Position numbers and translations under genes: made by a program. 64,000 nucleotides of DNA, from positions 224,001 to 288,000 of the forward strand of contig CAVPIW010000009.1 in assembly GCA_963705105.1 (NCBI GenBank), written 5' to 3'. Positions 62,466-64,000 of this stretch are shown here, piece after piece. The DNA is from an uncultured Nitrospiraceae bacterium. Lineage in GTDB: Bacteria; Nitrospirota; Thermodesulfovibrionia; Thermodesulfovibrionales; Dissulfurispiraceae. The notes beneath the pieces were generated by a model. The model did no database searches and was not told where the DNA came from. It saw only the letters and a program-made list of their open reading frames with translations. Position 1 is the first letter of the stretch, and every line of letters begins with the position of its first letter.

Positions 62466-63458
62466 TTACGGGAAGAGCACCTGTGTCCAGACCCCACCGG
62501 CACTGGGGTCCAGGTTCATCCATATCCTGCCCGCTGCGTTCACGCCGACGAGGTCTGCGTTGCCGTTGGCATCAAAGTCGCCCGTGGTAATCTGGGCCAG
62601 CGTGCCGGGGATCGGCGCGAAGGGCGCCAGGTCTACGGACAAATAGATCTTGCCCTGCGCCGTCAGCCCCGCCAGGTCGTCGACACCGCCGTTGAAATCG
62701 CCTGCCGCAAGCTGGGTCAAAATAACTCCCGCAGGAGACGGGATATTCGTCCAGACACCCGCGATACCCAGGTCGGCCCTGACCCATACCTTGCCGCTCG
62801 TCGCGTTAATGCCGGCGAGACCGTCAAAGACATTGTTGAACTTGCCTGCCACCAGATCAGTCAGGGTACCCGTGGGGTTTGACCACAAATTCAGGAGAGG
62901 GCCTGTGGTGAACCAAATCTTCCCGGCGGCGCTCACCCCGGCGATGTCCTCAAAGATGACGTCGCCGTTGAAGTCGCCGGTCATGATCGTTGCCAGCTTC
63001 CCCGTTATCTGGGCGAAGGTCGGGGCGATGGTCGACACGTTGGTCGACACGAATATGTTCCCCGGCGCGTCCAATCCCGCCAGGTCGCGTATGCCGTCGT
63101 TATTGAAGTCTGCCGCCACGAGGCTCACCAGGGTCGGCGCTCCCGGTATGGCGACGAAGGTGAGAAGGTCGGGTGAGACGACAACGCCCCCGGTAAGAGT
63201 TAATCCGGCGATCTCCCTGCCAAGCCTGAGGTCGTTGAAGTCACCCACGACGACCTGCCCGAGCGTGGCCCCGGTGACGGGGTTCCACGGGGTAAATAAA
63301 GGGGCGAGGGCGTAAAAGACCGCCCCGGCGTCGTTGACGACGATCAGGTCGTCCCTGCCGTCCCTGTCGAGATCGCCTGCCACGACCTGCATCGCTGCAG
63401 CCTGCAACGGCAGGGCAAGGGCCAGAAGCACGAGAACTATTTTCAGAAACCTATCCAT
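62466..63458 (-). CDS. Secreted stand-alone seven-bladed FG-GAP/tectonin-like propeller
   Basis: Signal peptide (LPLQAAA), AAGGAGG RBS, seven GDFN..DLAG repeats. Confidence 0.85.
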   Translation of the reverse strand: MDRFLKIVLVLLALALPLQAAAMQVVAGDLDRDGRDDLIVVNDAGAVFYALAPLFTPWNPVTGATLGQVVVGDFNDLRLGREIAGLTLTGGVVVSPDLLTFVAIPGAPTLVSLVAADFNNDGIRDLAGLDAPGNIFVSTNVSTIAPTFAQITGKLATIMTGDFNGDVIFEDIAGVSAAGKIWFTTGPLLNLWSNPTGTLTDLVAGKFNNVFDGLAGINATSGKVWVRADLGIAGVWTNIPSPAGVILTQLAAGDFNGGVDDLAGLTAQGKIYLSVDLAPFAPIPGTLAQITTGDFDANGNADLVGVNAAGRIWMNLDPSAGGVWTQVLFP

Positions 63459-63503
63459 CTTGAAACCTCCTTGGACCTGTTATCCAGGCCCTCATCAAAC
63501 AAC

Positions 63504-63534
63504 CCGGGGGGCAGGTCAAGACCCGCCCCCCGGG
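63504..63534. terminator. Intergenic stem-loop
   Basis: ccggggggcaggtc-aa-gacccgccccccgg. Confidence 0.45.
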
Positions 63535-63578
63535 GAGATGAACTTGCTACTACGTCACTTCAAACGAATCATCTTGCG

Positions 63579-64000
63579 TCAGTTCCTGACGGTCCAGGTC
63601 GTGAGGTTCGGCGTCGTGAAGGCCTTGCCGGTTGCAGCGTTCAGCGCCGCCATCCCCGGCCCTGGCTTGAGCGGGACGACCTGATCGGCAGTGCCCGGAG
63701 GGTTCACCCACACGGGTGTGGCCGGGCTCGGGTTGATCAGTACCCAGATCTTCCGGGCAGCACTCAAACCCCCGATCTGATCGGACGCGGGAATGGTTGT
63801 CTGGAAAGGACCCGCCGTAAGCTTCGCCAGTGTGCCTGCAGGGTTGTTCCAGAGCAAGAGGTCCGTGGTGTACCAGATCTTGCCGATGGAGCTCACGCCG
63901 AGGATATCGTCAACCCCGTCCCCATTCACGTCACCCGTCGTCATCTGGGCGAGCGTGCCGATAACCTGCTGCCACGTGGCGCCGAGGTTGAGACTCACCC
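63579..64000 (-). CDS. C-terminal part of another propeller paralogue (5' end outside the window)
   Basis: WQQVIGTLAQMTTGDVNGDGVDDILGVSSIGKIWYT repeats. Confidence 0.8.
   Translation of the reverse strand, partial: VSLNLGATWQQVIGTLAQMTTGDVNGDGVDDILGVSSIGKIWYTTDLLLWNNPAGTLAKLTAGPFQTTIPASDQIGGLSAARKIWVLINPSPATPVWVNPPGTADQVVPLKPGPGMAALNAATGKAFTTPNLTTWTVRN

Overview
High-GC bacterial chromosomal window; gene content and protein style suggest an anaerobe of the Nitrospirota/Desulfobacterota type (inference only). Left to right: (1) glycogen-to-acetate fermentation genes (glgX partial, pta, ackA, PFOR, a DHOD-like flavoprotein, a GNAT) and an APC permease; (2) a rhodanese that the ORF track splits at an in-frame UGA and that reads as a selenoprotein, plus a ferritin-like gene; (3) a more AT-rich czcCBA efflux operon with a CxxC/KPP leader ORF; (4) orphan hypF, a DtxR-FeoA regulator and the trxA-tlpA-ffh / rpsP-khpA-rimM-trmD-rplS-rnhB block; (5) about 30 kb of cell-surface genes. 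Block 5 has a Wzm/Wzt-exported, probably sulfated and methylated glycan locus (CysC, sulfotransferases, a four-domain MTase-GT-MTase-sulfotransferase). It is flanked by five paralogous surface proteins (four complete, one cut by the window edge) sharing a tectonin/FG-GAP hybrid beta-propeller fused to different passenger domains, three with sigma54-like promoters. This propeller-plus-glycan arrangement is the best candidate for an undescribed system. Intergenic DNA holds at least three MITE-like families (212 bp, 160 bp, 148 bp, the first two with target-site duplications), REP-like palindromes and AGTGTC-type hexamer tracts. No tRNA, rRNA, CRISPR array or transposase was found.
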